Source of the DNA: an uncultured Chloroflexia bacterium
GTDB lineage: Bacteria; Chloroflexota; Limnocylindria; Limnocylindrales; CSP1-4
Length of the DNA: 64,000 bases
NCBI GenBank assembly: GCA_963746845.1
Contig: CAVVCZ010000002.1
Coordinates: 160,001 to 224,000, forward strand
Direction of reading: 5' to 3'
Shown piece by piece: positions 33,280-42,500 of this stretch (the stretch's first letter is position 1; each line of letters begins with the position of its first letter). The notes under the pieces were generated by a model. That model saw nothing but the letters and a program-made list of their open reading frames with translations, made no database searches and had not been told where the DNA came from. The translations under genes and the position numbers were made by a program.

Positions 33280-33415
33280 CGGTCGTTCCTCCACGACCGG
33301 CACAACTGAATAGACGCCGACCCTCGAGGGTCTCCTCCCTCCTCCCCCTCGATCGCCGGCCGACCTGATCGAAGCGGCGCCGCCCTCCTCCTCCCGGCGC
33401 CGCTTCGACGTTTCT
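33280..33415 (+). ncRNA. Candidate 3'-UTR sRNA with three UCCUCC-loop hairpins and an ACAACUGAAUA motif
   Basis: Stems 33280-33299 (loop TCCTCC), 33324-33352 (loop TCTCCTCCCTCCTCC) and a perfect 14-bp stem 33369-33408 (loop CCCTCCTCCTCC) followed by GTTTCT. Confidence 0.6.
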
Positions 33416-33577
33416 CCCGCCTTCCGTTCGCGACCGAGAACCGTTTCGTCGTCGGCGACTCCATGATGTCCGACGGGGCCGTGACGGCCGGCAACGACAA
33501 GCCACCACACGACGTTCCCCGGCGGCGGTTCCCGGACCCGGCACCGGGTCGCCGCCGGCACATCTTCCCGCCGCCGC

Positions 33578-33645
33578 TACGTCATTCGGCGTACGTCGGT
33601 CGCCGTCGTCCGTCGGTGGTCGTCGTGGGGCACCTGTCCTAGCGT
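33578..33645 (+). promoter_or_regulatory. Activator-dependent promoter P4
   Basis: TACGTCAT at 33578, CGGTG at 33614, TAGCGT at 33640. Confidence 0.55.
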
Positions 33646-33651
33646 CTCGTC

Positions 33652-33785
33652 GTTGGATCCGTGGCAGCCAGAACCCGACCAACCCCTACCCATGACAACT
33701 GAAGAACAACCGAAGAACAACCGAAGAGCGTTGCAGCAGCCAAGCGGCCGGACTGTCGGATCCACGACGGGCCGGTCGTTCGGTG
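33652..33785 (+). ncRNA. Candidate stand-alone sRNA with triple ACAAC[T/C]GAAGA repeat
   Basis: Follows P4; repeat at 33694-33727; GC hairpin 33743-33780; no credible ORF. Confidence 0.55.
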
Positions 33786-33796
33786 TCCGGCGCGGA

Positions 33797-34687
33797 TCAG
33801 CCCTCGATCAGGGCCCGCGCTCCGTCCACCAGCTCCGGCTGGGCGCGGCTCGCAGCGAGCCGGCGCAGAAACTCGGGCCAGCGCGGGTTGACCGCGGTCG
33901 CCTCGGCGAGCAACGCCTGCGCCGGCTCGACCAGTCCGGCGCTCGCCATCCCGATCGCTCGCCAGACGAGGACCTGGGCGTCGCCGGGGGCGAGCCGCGA
34001 GGCCTCCTCCGACGCGCGACCGGCGCCTTCCGCGTCACCGGACCGGCCCAGCTCCTCGGCCCGGTCGAGCGCCTCGAACCCGAGCTGGAGCCGGGTCAGC
34101 CGCTCGAGCTCGTCGAGGGGCGCCGGATGATCGTCGACCCGGATGTCGAACGACCGCGTCCAGCCCGGCTCGTCCGGCGTCCCGGACACGATCAGGGCGG
34201 CCGCCTGCCGGCCCCGGATGTCGCCGCCCTCCCGTTCCGCCGCGCGGAGCGCCGCGAGCAGGCGATCCACGAACGAGACCGCCGGCTCCGCCCAGGCGGC
34301 GAGCATCGCCGCGGGGACCGTCGAGCGCTCCATCATGTTGGCCTGGATCGCCACCCCGTCGGCGGTGAGGTGGCCCGCCGCCTCGACGCACGCCGAGCCG
34401 GTCCAGGAGGCCGTCCGGCCGCTCGCGTCGACGATCCCGACCTGGCGGACCTCGCGACCCGGGTCCGCGTCGAGCACCCGGCCCAGCGCGTCCGCTGCCG
34501 CGACGCCGGCCCGCAGGAGGGCCAGGCCGTCCGGGCCATGCGCGATCTGCGTGAACGACTGGGTGGCGACGGCCCCGACCCCGGATTCCATCCACGGCAC
34601 TGAGGCGCCGACGAACGGCCAGCACGTCTGGACGGCGACACCGAAGCGCCCCGTCGCGGGATCGCGGGCGACGATCGAGTAGGTCAT
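33797..34687 (-). CDS. DUF1028 (Ntn-hydrolase-like) protein with C-terminal TPR-like helices
   Basis: MTYSIVARDPATGRFGVAV, GAVATQS, RQVGIVD, GGDIRGRQAAAL, IRVDDHPAP. Confidence 0.9.
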   Translation of the reverse strand: MTYSIVARDPATGRFGVAVQTCWPFVGASVPWMESGVGAVATQSFTQIAHGPDGLALLRAGVAAADALGRVLDADPGREVRQVGIVDASGRTASWTGSACVEAAGHLTADGVAIQANMMERSTVPAAMLAAWAEPAVSFVDRLLAALRAAEREGGDIRGRQAAALIVSGTPDEPGWTRSFDIRVDDHPAPLDELERLTRLQLGFEALDRAEELGRSGDAEGAGRASEEASRLAPGDAQVLVWRAIGMASAGLVEPAQALLAEATAVNPRWPEFLRRLAASRAQPELVDGARALIEG

Positions 34688-34745
34688 CTGGCTGCCTCCG
34701 CTGGGCGCTCGTGCGTCGAACGACCCGTCATGAACGGCCCTCGCA

Positions 34746-34812
34746 TACGTCATCGGTCGTAACGCGGCCATGGCAGGTGCCGATGCCGCCGCCGTCCGGC
34801 CGGTCCTAGTGT
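34746..34812 (+). promoter_or_regulatory. Activator-dependent promoter P5
   Basis: TACGTCAT at 34746, CGATG at 34781, TAGTGT at 34807. Confidence 0.55.
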
Positions 34813-34868
34813 GCTCGCACGAGGACCGCAAGGGCCGGTCCACCGCTCGGAGAACGGAGTCGCACACC

Positions 34869-35081
34869 ATGGACAGCCAGCAGGTCATGCATGAGGCAGG
34901 AGACCGGGGCCGTCGTGGGTGCCTCGTGGAGGGATGTCCGTGCAAGGACGCCAGGATCGTCTCCATGCGCCGGGCCGCCTTCTTCGCCGCCTGGGCCCGG
35001 AACCGGGGCGAGACCGCCGACCGCTTCGTCTCGCCTGAGGCCGGCTGGCGGATCCCGACCCTCATTCCCTCGGCCGCCTGA
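34869..35081 (+). CDS. Small Cys-containing protein (70 aa)
   Basis: GGAG RBS; GCLVEGCPCKDARI motif. Confidence 0.6.
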   Translation: MDSQQVMHEAGDRGRRGCLVEGCPCKDARIVSMRRAAFFAAWARNRGETADRFVSPEAGWRIPTLIPSAA

Positions 35082-35131
35082 CGAATTCTCAGAGACCTCG
35101 CAGACGACGACCGGACGATCGCCCTGCGTCC

Positions 35132-35165
35132 GACAACTGAAGAACAACCGAAGAACAACCGAAGA
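35132..35165 (+). repeat. 34-bp triple repeat identical to 33694-33727
   Basis: G-ACAACTGAAGA-ACAACCGAAGA-ACAACCGAAGA, flanked by hairpins at 35112-35132 and 35176-35211. Confidence 0.9.
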
Positions 35166-35275
35166 CGCCACTCCCGAAACGACCGGCCGCCGCCAGCGAG
35201 CCGGTCGTCTCAATTCCCGGCCCCGCGGGAGCCGTCGAGACGGCCCGGGCGGTCGGCCGGGTGACCCGGGGCGGC

Positions 35276-35342
35276 ATCGTCATCCGTCGCCCCGTGGCGT
35301 CGCCGTCCGCCGATGGTCGCCCGCGTGGTCGCCGACGAGGAT
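35276..35342 (+). promoter_or_regulatory. Activator-dependent promoter P6
   Basis: ATCGTCATCCGTCGC at 35276 (cf. TACGTCATCCGTCGC in P3), CGATG at 35311, GAGGAT at 35337. Confidence 0.5.
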
Positions 35343-35389
35343 CAGGGTCGCCAGCAACCGCCATCCGGCGCCACTCGGAGACGACCCAC

Positions 35390-35833
35390 ATGTTTCGCGG
35401 ATCCCGCCTCGCGGCCTCGTTCCTGCTCGTCCTCACCGGTCTGACCGCTCTCGCGACCGCCCTGTTCGTCGTGCCGGCGGCCGTCGGGGCCGGCGGCGGG
35501 CGGTGGCTGACGCCGGTCGTCCTCTTCCTCGCGATCCTCCACTTCGTCGCGCTCGTCGGCATCTACCGCGGGCGTGACTGGGGCCGCAACCTCGCGGTGT
35601 TCGTGGCCGAGCTCGGCGGCGGGATCGCGATCCTCGGCGCCATCTCGCTGCTCACCGGTGCCCATCCGTTCGGCGCCGACAGCGCGACGGGCCTCGGCCT
35701 GATCGCCTGGTCCGCGGGTGTCTACGCGCTGCTCGGGATCGCGGCCGGCCGGATCCCGGTCCTGTCGCGACTGACCCCGATCGAGCGCCGCCGGGTCGTC
35801 TTCGGCCCGAGCTTCGCCGGCATCGTCCGCTGA
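35390..35833 (+). CDS. Hypothetical 4-TM membrane protein
   Basis: GGAG RBS and four hydrophobic segments. Confidence 0.7.
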   Translation: MFRGSRLAASFLLVLTGLTALATALFVVPAAVGAGGGRWLTPVVLFLAILHFVALVGIYRGRDWGRNLAVFVAELGGGIAILGAISLLTGAHPFGADSATGLGLIAWSAGVYALLGIAAGRIPVLSRLTPIERRRVVFGPSFAGIVR

Positions 35834-35892
35834 CGCGAGGTGCGGCGCGGCCGGCCGGGGGGGACCGGGCCGGTGCCCCGTAGACTCGGCGG

Positions 35893-36276
35893 GTGACCGA
35901 CGAGCCGACCCTCTTCGACGCCGCGGGCGGCATGCCGTTCTTCGAGGCCCTCGTCGGGCGGTTCTACGAGGGCGTGGCGGTCGACCCGGTCCTGCGACCG
36001 CTCTACCCGGAGCCGGATCTTGCCGGCGCTCGTCACCGGCTGACCCTGTTCCTCGCCCAGTACTGGGGCGGCCCGACCACCTACGACGCCGAGCGTGGTC
36101 ACCCACGGCTCCGGATGCGCCACGCGCCGTTCGCCATCGGTCCGACGGAGCGTGATGCGTGGCTCGTCCGGATGCGCGAGGCGGTCACCTGGTCCGAGCC
36201 GCCGGCGCCGGTCGCCGCGCGGCTCCTCGCCTACTTCGACATGGCGGCGGAGGCGATGCGCAACCGCGACGGGTAG
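35893..36276 (+). CDS. glbO: Group II truncated hemoglobin (GlbO-like)
   Basis: FLAQYWGGPTTY..RGHPRLRMRHAPF, ERDAWL. Confidence 0.92.
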   Translation: MTDEPTLFDAAGGMPFFEALVGRFYEGVAVDPVLRPLYPEPDLAGARHRLTLFLAQYWGGPTTYDAERGHPRLRMRHAPFAIGPTERDAWLVRMREAVTWSEPPAPVAARLLAYFDMAAEAMRNRDG

Positions 36277-36315
36277 CGGACGGCTAGACTGGGTCGAAGC
36301 GACGAGGAGGGCGGA

Positions 36316-38085
36316 TTGACGGAGGCGGACCAGGAGCCATCGACCCCGGCCGCCGCGACCGGCCGACCGCCGAGGGAGCGCGGCAAGACCGTCCACGGTG
36401 AGCCGGCGAACGCGGGGCATCGCGTCCTCGCCCCGGACGATGCCGAGGTCGAGGCCTATCTCGAGACCGCCCTCAAGGCGCCGATTCCCACCCGCTCGGC
36501 CGACGACCGCCCCGACGTCGGTGAGCCCGATTCGGTCGTCGTCCTCGACTTCGGCAGCCAGTTCGCCCAGCTCATCGCCCGCCGCGTCCGCGAGCTCAAC
36601 GTCTACTCCGAGCTCATCCCCCACGACACGCCGTGGGCCGAGATCGAGCGCCGCCGGCCCAAGGCGATCATCCTCTCCGGCGGCCCGAACTCCGTGTACG
36701 ACACCGACGCCCCGAAGCCCGACGCGGGCGTCTGGTCCGGCCGGATCCCGGTCCTCGGGATCTGCTACGGCGCCCAGCTGATGGCGAGCGAGCTCGGCGG
36801 CGACGTCGTCGCGACCTCGAAGCGCGAGTACGGGCCGGCAACCGTGACCATCACGGACGCGGACGGGCTGTTCACCGGCCTCGATCGCGACCAGCCCGTC
36901 TGGATGAGCCATGGCGATTCGATCACCCGGCTCCCCGAGGGCTTCCGCTCGACCGCCCAGACCGGCTCGTCGCCGTTCGCCGGTCTCGCCGCCCCGGACC
37001 GGAACCTGTACGGGATCCAGTTCCATCCCGAGGTGGTCCACACCCCGGCCGGCCGCGACGTGCTGCGCAACTTCGTGCTCGGCATCGCCGGTGCCTCGCC
37101 GACCTGGACGCCAGCGAACTTCATCGAGCAGACGGTCGCCGAGATCCGTGGGCGGGTCGATGCGCACGCGGCGGCCACGGGCTCCGACGGGCTCGTGATC
37201 TGCGCCTTGTCCGGCGGCGTGGACTCCGCGGTCGCGGCGGCTCTCGTCCATCGGGCGGTCGGGGATCGGCTGACCTGCATCTACGTCGACCACGGGCTGA
37301 TGCGCAAGAAGGAGTCGGAGCTTCTGCGCGAGACGTTCGCCGAGCACCTCGGGATGCGTCTCGTGATGGTCGACGCGCGCGAGCGGTTCCTCGCCCGGCT
37401 CGCCGGTGTCGAGGACCCGGAGCAGAAGCGGAAGATCATCGGGGACGAGTTCATCCGGGTCTTCGAGGAGGAGTCGCAGAAGCTCGGGCGGATCGACTTC
37501 CTGACCCAGGGGACGCTCTATCCGGACGTCATCGAGAGCGCGACCGCCGAGACGAAGGCGGCCCAGAAGATCAAGACCCACCACAACGTCGGCGGGCTGC
37601 CGGCCGACCTGCGGTTCCAGCTGATCGAGCCGCTCCGGTATCTGTTCAAGGACGAGGTGCGCGCGGTCGGGCTGGAGCTCGGCCTGCCCGATGCGATCGT
37701 CCTCCGCCAGCCCTTCCCCGGACCCGGTCTGGCGATCCGGATCATCGGCGAGGTCACCGCGGAGCGGCTCGACACCCTTCGCGAGGCCGATTGGATCGTC
37801 ATCGACGAGATCAAGGGGGCCGGGCTGTACCGCTCGCTGTGGCAGTCGTTCGCGATCCTCACGCCGGTGCGGAGCGTCGGCGTGATGGGCGACGGCCGGA
37901 CCTACGCGAACGTCGTCGCCGTCCGGGCGGTCACGTCGGAGGACGGGATGACCGCCGACTGGGCGAAGCTCCCGTACGATGTGCTCGCAACGATCTCCAG
38001 CCGGATCGTCAACGAGGTCGCGGGCGTCAACCGGGTCGTGTACGACATCTCGTCGAAGCCCCCCGCCACGATCGAGTGGGAGTAG
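36316..38085 (+). CDS. guaA: GMP synthase (glutamine-hydrolysing) with ~70-aa N-terminal extension
   Basis: [44 protein letters not shown]. Confidence 0.98.
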   Translation: MTEADQEPSTPAAATGRPPRERGKTVHGEPANAGHRVLAPDDAEVEAYLETALKAPIPTRSADDRPDVGEPDSVVVLDFGSQFAQLIARRVRELNVYSELIPHDTPWAEIERRRPKAIILSGGPNSVYDTDAPKPDAGVWSGRIPVLGICYGAQLMASELGGDVVATSKREYGPATVTITDADGLFTGLDRDQPVWMSHGDSITRLPEGFRSTAQTGSSPFAGLAAPDRNLYGIQFHPEVVHTPAGRDVLRNFVLGIAGASPTWTPANFIEQTVAEIRGRVDAHAAATGSDGLVICALSGGVDSAVAAALVHRAVGDRLTCIYVDHGLMRKKESELLRETFAEHLGMRLVMVDARERFLARLAGVEDPEQKRKIIGDEFIRVFEEESQKLGRIDFLTQGTLYPDVIESATAETKAAQKIKTHHNVGGLPADLRFQLIEPLRYLFKDEVRAVGLELGLPDAIVLRQPFPGPGLAIRIIGEVTAERLDTLREADWIVIDEIKGAGLYRSLWQSFAILTPVRSVGVMGDGRTYANVVAVRAVTSEDGMTADWAKLPYDVLATISSRIVNEVAGVNRVVYDISSKPPATIEWE

Positions 38086-38144
38086 GAGTCGGCCCCTCGC
38101 GCCCGTCGCGTTCCCCTCGCGGGCCGTCGTTTCCTCCCGGGTCG

Positions 38145-38312
38145 GACATGCATCGCAGTGCTGGATCGGAGCCTGTGTGACGCGTTGCCTGCCAATTCGC
38201 CACCGATGGGGCGGCCTCCCACGCTCGGGACAGCGTGGACGTACCCCGGCGCCCCACCCCGCGCCGCCCAAACCGTTGCGGAAGCCCGTCGCGTAGCACT
38301 GCGGCGCAAGTC
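38145..38312. repeat. 168-bp intergenic element with 18-bp imperfect terminal inverted repeats
   Basis: GACATGCATCGCAGTGCT vs the reverse complement of the right end, GACTTGCGCCGCAGTGCT (15/18). Confidence 0.55.
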
Positions 38313-38413
38313 GGGGGCGGTTGCGGGCGCGACAGCCGTGACCCCAGCACAGCCGCCCGTACTAGGCCGTTCGGGGGGTTCGCGTGCGATGTGCACCCGT
38401 TATTGTGTGCCGC

Positions 38414-39040
38414 ATGTCGGACGACGCCTCCACGGCTGCCCTGCCCGAGCCTCGCTGCACCTGGTGTTCGGCGGTGCTGCCGCCGGACCACGGAGCTACC
38501 TGCCCGTCATGTGGCGCCACCCTGATCGGTGACGGCGAGCCGGCCGTTCCGGGCCTCACCGCGCTCGATGCCGACGCGATCCTCCGCAATGCCCGTGGCG
38601 GCAGCAAGCCGAAATCGCGCGGCCGCCTGCTCGGGTGGATCGGCGGCGACTACGAGACCGAGACCGGTGAGAAGTCGCCTCCCGGGTCGCTCGCGCCGCC
38701 GCCCGTCGAGGTCCGCCGCGAGATGCTCCGCCTCGAGCTCGAGGCGCAGGTCGCGAACGCCCAGGCCGAGGTCGAGGCCATGGCCGCCGACGCCGCGATC
38801 GAGTCCGGCGTCCCCCTGAAGTCGATCGAGCAGATGGTCGAGGCCGCCGACGTCGCCGACGGGATGGACCCGAACGCGGCCGCACAGCTCGCGCCACTCG
38901 CAGCGGCCCCGGCCGAAGCGGCCCTCGGGGTCGAGGCGGCCTCCGTCGCCGGCGCCGAGGACTCAGCCGACGCCGAGCCGGCACCCGAGGCCGAAGCCGA
39001 GCCTGCCGCCGCCGAGACCGACAAGGCACCGTCCGCCTGA
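38414..39040 (+). CDS. Zinc-ribbon protein with coiled-coil and acidic tail
   Basis: CTWC...CPSC; TATTGT -10 at 38401. Confidence 0.7.
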   Translation: MSDDASTAALPEPRCTWCSAVLPPDHGATCPSCGATLIGDGEPAVPGLTALDADAILRNARGGSKPKSRGRLLGWIGGDYETETGEKSPPGSLAPPPVEVRREMLRLELEAQVANAQAEVEAMAADAAIESGVPLKSIEQMVEAADVADGMDPNAAAQLAPLAAAPAEAALGVEAASVAGAEDSADAEPAPEAEAEPAAAETDKAPSA

Positions 39041-39095
39041 CCCGCGCCGCCTCGGTCGTCGGGGCGAAACCCGGACCAGCGGATACCCTTCGGCC

Positions 39096-39554
39096 GTGCC
39101 CGACCGATTGCCCCTGCCCGGCCCGTCGTTCCTGCGCGAGCATGCCCTCGAAGCGAACGGCCGGATGCTGCGTGCCGGGCTGACCCGCCCCTCGACGACC
39201 GACGACGGCTGGTGGCTGGCCATCGCATGGATCGCCGACGACGACGGGATCGTCCCGTTCGTCGACCTCGCCCCGGTGGCCGGTCCTCGGCCGGAGCCGC
39301 CGCTCGCCATGCTCGGCCCCTCGCTCGCGGGCGGTCTGAGCGGGCTGATCCTCGAGGACGCCGGCCGGCTCTGCATCCGCCTCGCGACCGTCGTCCCGGC
39401 CGACGATCCGATCCGCCCGTGGCGCGTCCCAGCGGCGGTCCGAACGGCGTTCCGCTGGGAGCCGATGCGGGCTGCCGCGATGCGCCCGAACGAGCTCGCC
39501 GAGACCGTGCTCGCCGCGTTCCGACGCGCCGCGGAGGGCCTTGGGCGTCCGTAG
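39096..39554 (+). CDS. Hypothetical protein
   Basis: Fits the gap on the coding strand; TACCCT -10 six nt before the GTG. Confidence 0.6.
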   Translation: MPDRLPLPGPSFLREHALEANGRMLRAGLTRPSTTDDGWWLAIAWIADDDGIVPFVDLAPVAGPRPEPPLAMLGPSLAGGLSGLILEDAGRLCIRLATVVPADDPIRPWRVPAAVRTAFRWEPMRAAAMRPNELAETVLAAFRRAAEGLGRP

Positions 39555-39572
39555 GCTAGACTCGCGAACGAG

Positions 39573-42500
39573 GTGGGTGATCTCTTCGACGAGTTCATGA
39601 AGGAGATCCGGCGTCGCCAGGCCGAAGCGGCCGGACGCCGGGGCGCCGACGACGACCATTCCACGGAGGACAAGGAGCCGGACGAGGACGCCGACGACGG
39701 CCCTCGCGGCGAGAACGAGCCGCCCGATCACGCCACCGACGGTGAGTCCCGACCCCACCTGAGAACCGTCGGGTCGACCGAGGACGACGAGGCGGAGGAC
39801 GCGTCCGAGGACGACGAGCCGCCTCCGCCACCGGTTGGCGCGGGCGGTGGCGGGGGACGGGACGGTGGCAGTCGACGCGGTCGATCGGCCGGCGGTCCAC
39901 GCGACGGCGCCCCATCGATGCGCTCCCGCGTGACGACGATCGTCATCGCAATCCTCATCGCCTTCGTGGTCCTGATGCTCGTCGTCGGCATCGAGATCTG
40001 GACCGACGCGATCTGGTTCAAGAGCGTCGGCTTCGACCAGGTCTTCTGGACCCGCGTCGGCGTCCAGGTCGCGTTGTTCGTCGCCGGCCTGATCCTCACG
40101 CTCGTCTTCCTGCTGGGCAACGTGTGGCTCGCCGGCCGGCTCGTGCCGCCGCCGAGCCGCGAAGGCGGCGGCACGGTCCGCAGCTGGATCGACCGCTTCA
40201 ACGAGGCGGCCGCGAACGCCGACCGCTCACGCCAGCGCGGCCCGTGGGACCCGTGGGGCGGCCGCGGTGGCCCGACGCGCGGTCCGGTGCCGGTCGGTCC
40301 GGTCGAGCTGCCGGACCCGGTGCCGCTCGGTCGGCTCGTGATCGTGGTGGTCACCGTGCTCGTGGCGATCGGCGTGGCCGGCTCGGTCGCGGCCGCCTGG
40401 CCGACGATCCTGCTCTGGCAGCACGGCGTGCCGTACGACCCATCGGGCACCGTCGTCCCGGATCCGGTCTTCGGCCGGGACATCTCGTTCTTCCTGTTCG
40501 ACCTGCCGTTCCTGCGGTTCCTGCAGGCCGAGGCGATCGGCCTCCTGGTCGCGGCGCTGCTCGTCACCGGTGGGCGGTATCTCGTATCGGCGATGGCCGG
40601 CTCCGCGGTGTTCACGACCCGGGTCCGCGTCCATCTCGGGGTCCTTGCCGCCCTGTTCCTGATGACGATCGCCCTCGGCTACCAGCTCGACAAGCTCGAC
40701 CTCGTCCACAGCACGCGCGGGGTGGCGACGGGCGTCAGCTACACAGACCAGCATGCGCAGTTCCTCGCGTTCGACGTGCTCACCGCCCTGTCCGCGATCG
40801 CAGCCGCCCTGCTGCTCGGGGGCGCCTTCGCCCGCGTCCTGTGGCCGGTCGGGATCACGATCGCGGTCTGGTTCATCGCGTCGATCGCGATCGGCCGGAT
40901 CTATCCGGAGGTCGTCCAGCGGTTCTCGGTCATCCCGAACCAGCAGACGCTGGAGGCGCCGTACATCACGAACAACATCGCGATGACGCGGCTCGCCTAC
41001 GACCTGAACACCTGGGTCCAACAGTCGTATCGGGGGGACCAGCCCTTGACGGCCGCCGCCGTCGCGGAGGACTCGGACACGTTCAACAACGCGCGACTGT
41101 GGGACTACCGGCCGCTCGGTGACACGCTGAACCAGCTCCAGACGATCCGCCAGTACTACGACTTCTACGACGTCGACACGGATCGCTACCAGATCAACGA
41201 CCAGCTGAAGCAGGTCATGCTGTCGGGCCGTGAGATCGCCCTCGACAAGAACCCCAGCGCGACCGGCTGGGTCAACGAGCGGCTCGTGTACACCCACGGG
41301 TACGGCGTCGCGATGGTGCCGGTGAACGCGGTCACCTCGCAGGGCCAGCCGGCGCTCAACATCGCGAACCTCCCGCCGGCGTCGACCGGTGGTGCGCCGC
41401 CGATCACCCAGCCCCGGATCTACTTCGGCGAGCGGCCGTCGTCCTACGTGATCGTCGGCGCGGTCCAGGACGAGTTCGACTTCCCACGCGGCAGCAGCGA
41501 CAGCGACGTCGTGACGAACCGCTGGACCGGCACGACGGGGATCAAGCTCGACACGACCCTCACCCGGCTCCTCTTCGCGCTGCGGTTCCGCGACTTCGAC
41601 ATGCTGATCAGCAACCAGATCACGGACCAGAGCCAGCTGCTGATGAACCGCTCGATCGGCGAGCGGTTGAACGCCATCGCGCCGTTCCTCCGCTACGACA
41701 AGGATCCGTACCTGGTCATCGACAACGCCGGCCAGCTCAAGTACATCCAGGACGCCTTCACGACGAGCGACCAGTTCCCGAATGCCCAGGGGTTCGCCCC
41801 GTCCGACCTCGGGGCGAACACCGGCCTCGCGGGCGACTCGTTCAACTACATCCGGAACAGCGTGAAGGTCGTCATGGACGCCTACGACGGCACGACGACC
41901 TTCTATGTCGCCGATCCGGACGATCCGCTGATCCGGGCCTGGTCCGGGGTCTTCCCGTCGATGTTCCATCCGATGTCGGAGATGCCGGCGGACCTCGTCC
42001 CGCACCTGCGCGTCCCCGAGGAGCTGTTCGACGTCCAGACGCGGATGTTCGGCCGCTACCACGTCGTCGACCCGACGACGTTCTACACGAACAACGACCT
42101 GTGGACGGTCCCGATGGGCCAGACGAACCAGCAGAGCCTGCCGACCGAGGCCTACTACGTCGTCATGCGCATGCCCGGCACCGATGCGGCGGACTTCCTG
42201 ATCCTCCAGCCGATGATCCCGGCCAGCCGGCCGAACATGATCGCCTGGGTGGCCGCCCGGAACGGGCCGGTCGACTACGGCAAGACGACCGTCTTCCAGT
42301 TCCCGAGCCAGACGTCCGTCTTCGGGCCGGCCCAGGTCGAGGCGCAGATCGACATCGATCCGGAGATCAGCGCGCAGATCACGCTCTGGAACCAGTCGGG
42401 GAGCACGGTCGTGCGCGGGAACCTGATCGTCCTGCCCGTCGGGGACTCCCTGATCTACCTTCAGCCGGTCTATCTCGCGTCGAACAGCTCCAAGTTCCCG

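Noticed and set aside
33653-34603. 316-aa ORF containing MTTEEQPKNNRR
   Set aside because: Runs antisense through the DUF1028 gene. The second repeat copy has no ATG, so the repeat is not explained by coding.
33694-35165. The 34-bp repeat pair as a CRISPR array
   Set aside because: Only two copies 1.4 kb apart, internally tandem, with no spacers and no cas genes.
36277-36315. Purine riboswitch upstream of guaA
   Set aside because: The intergenic gap is only about 40 nt and lacks the purine aptamer consensus.
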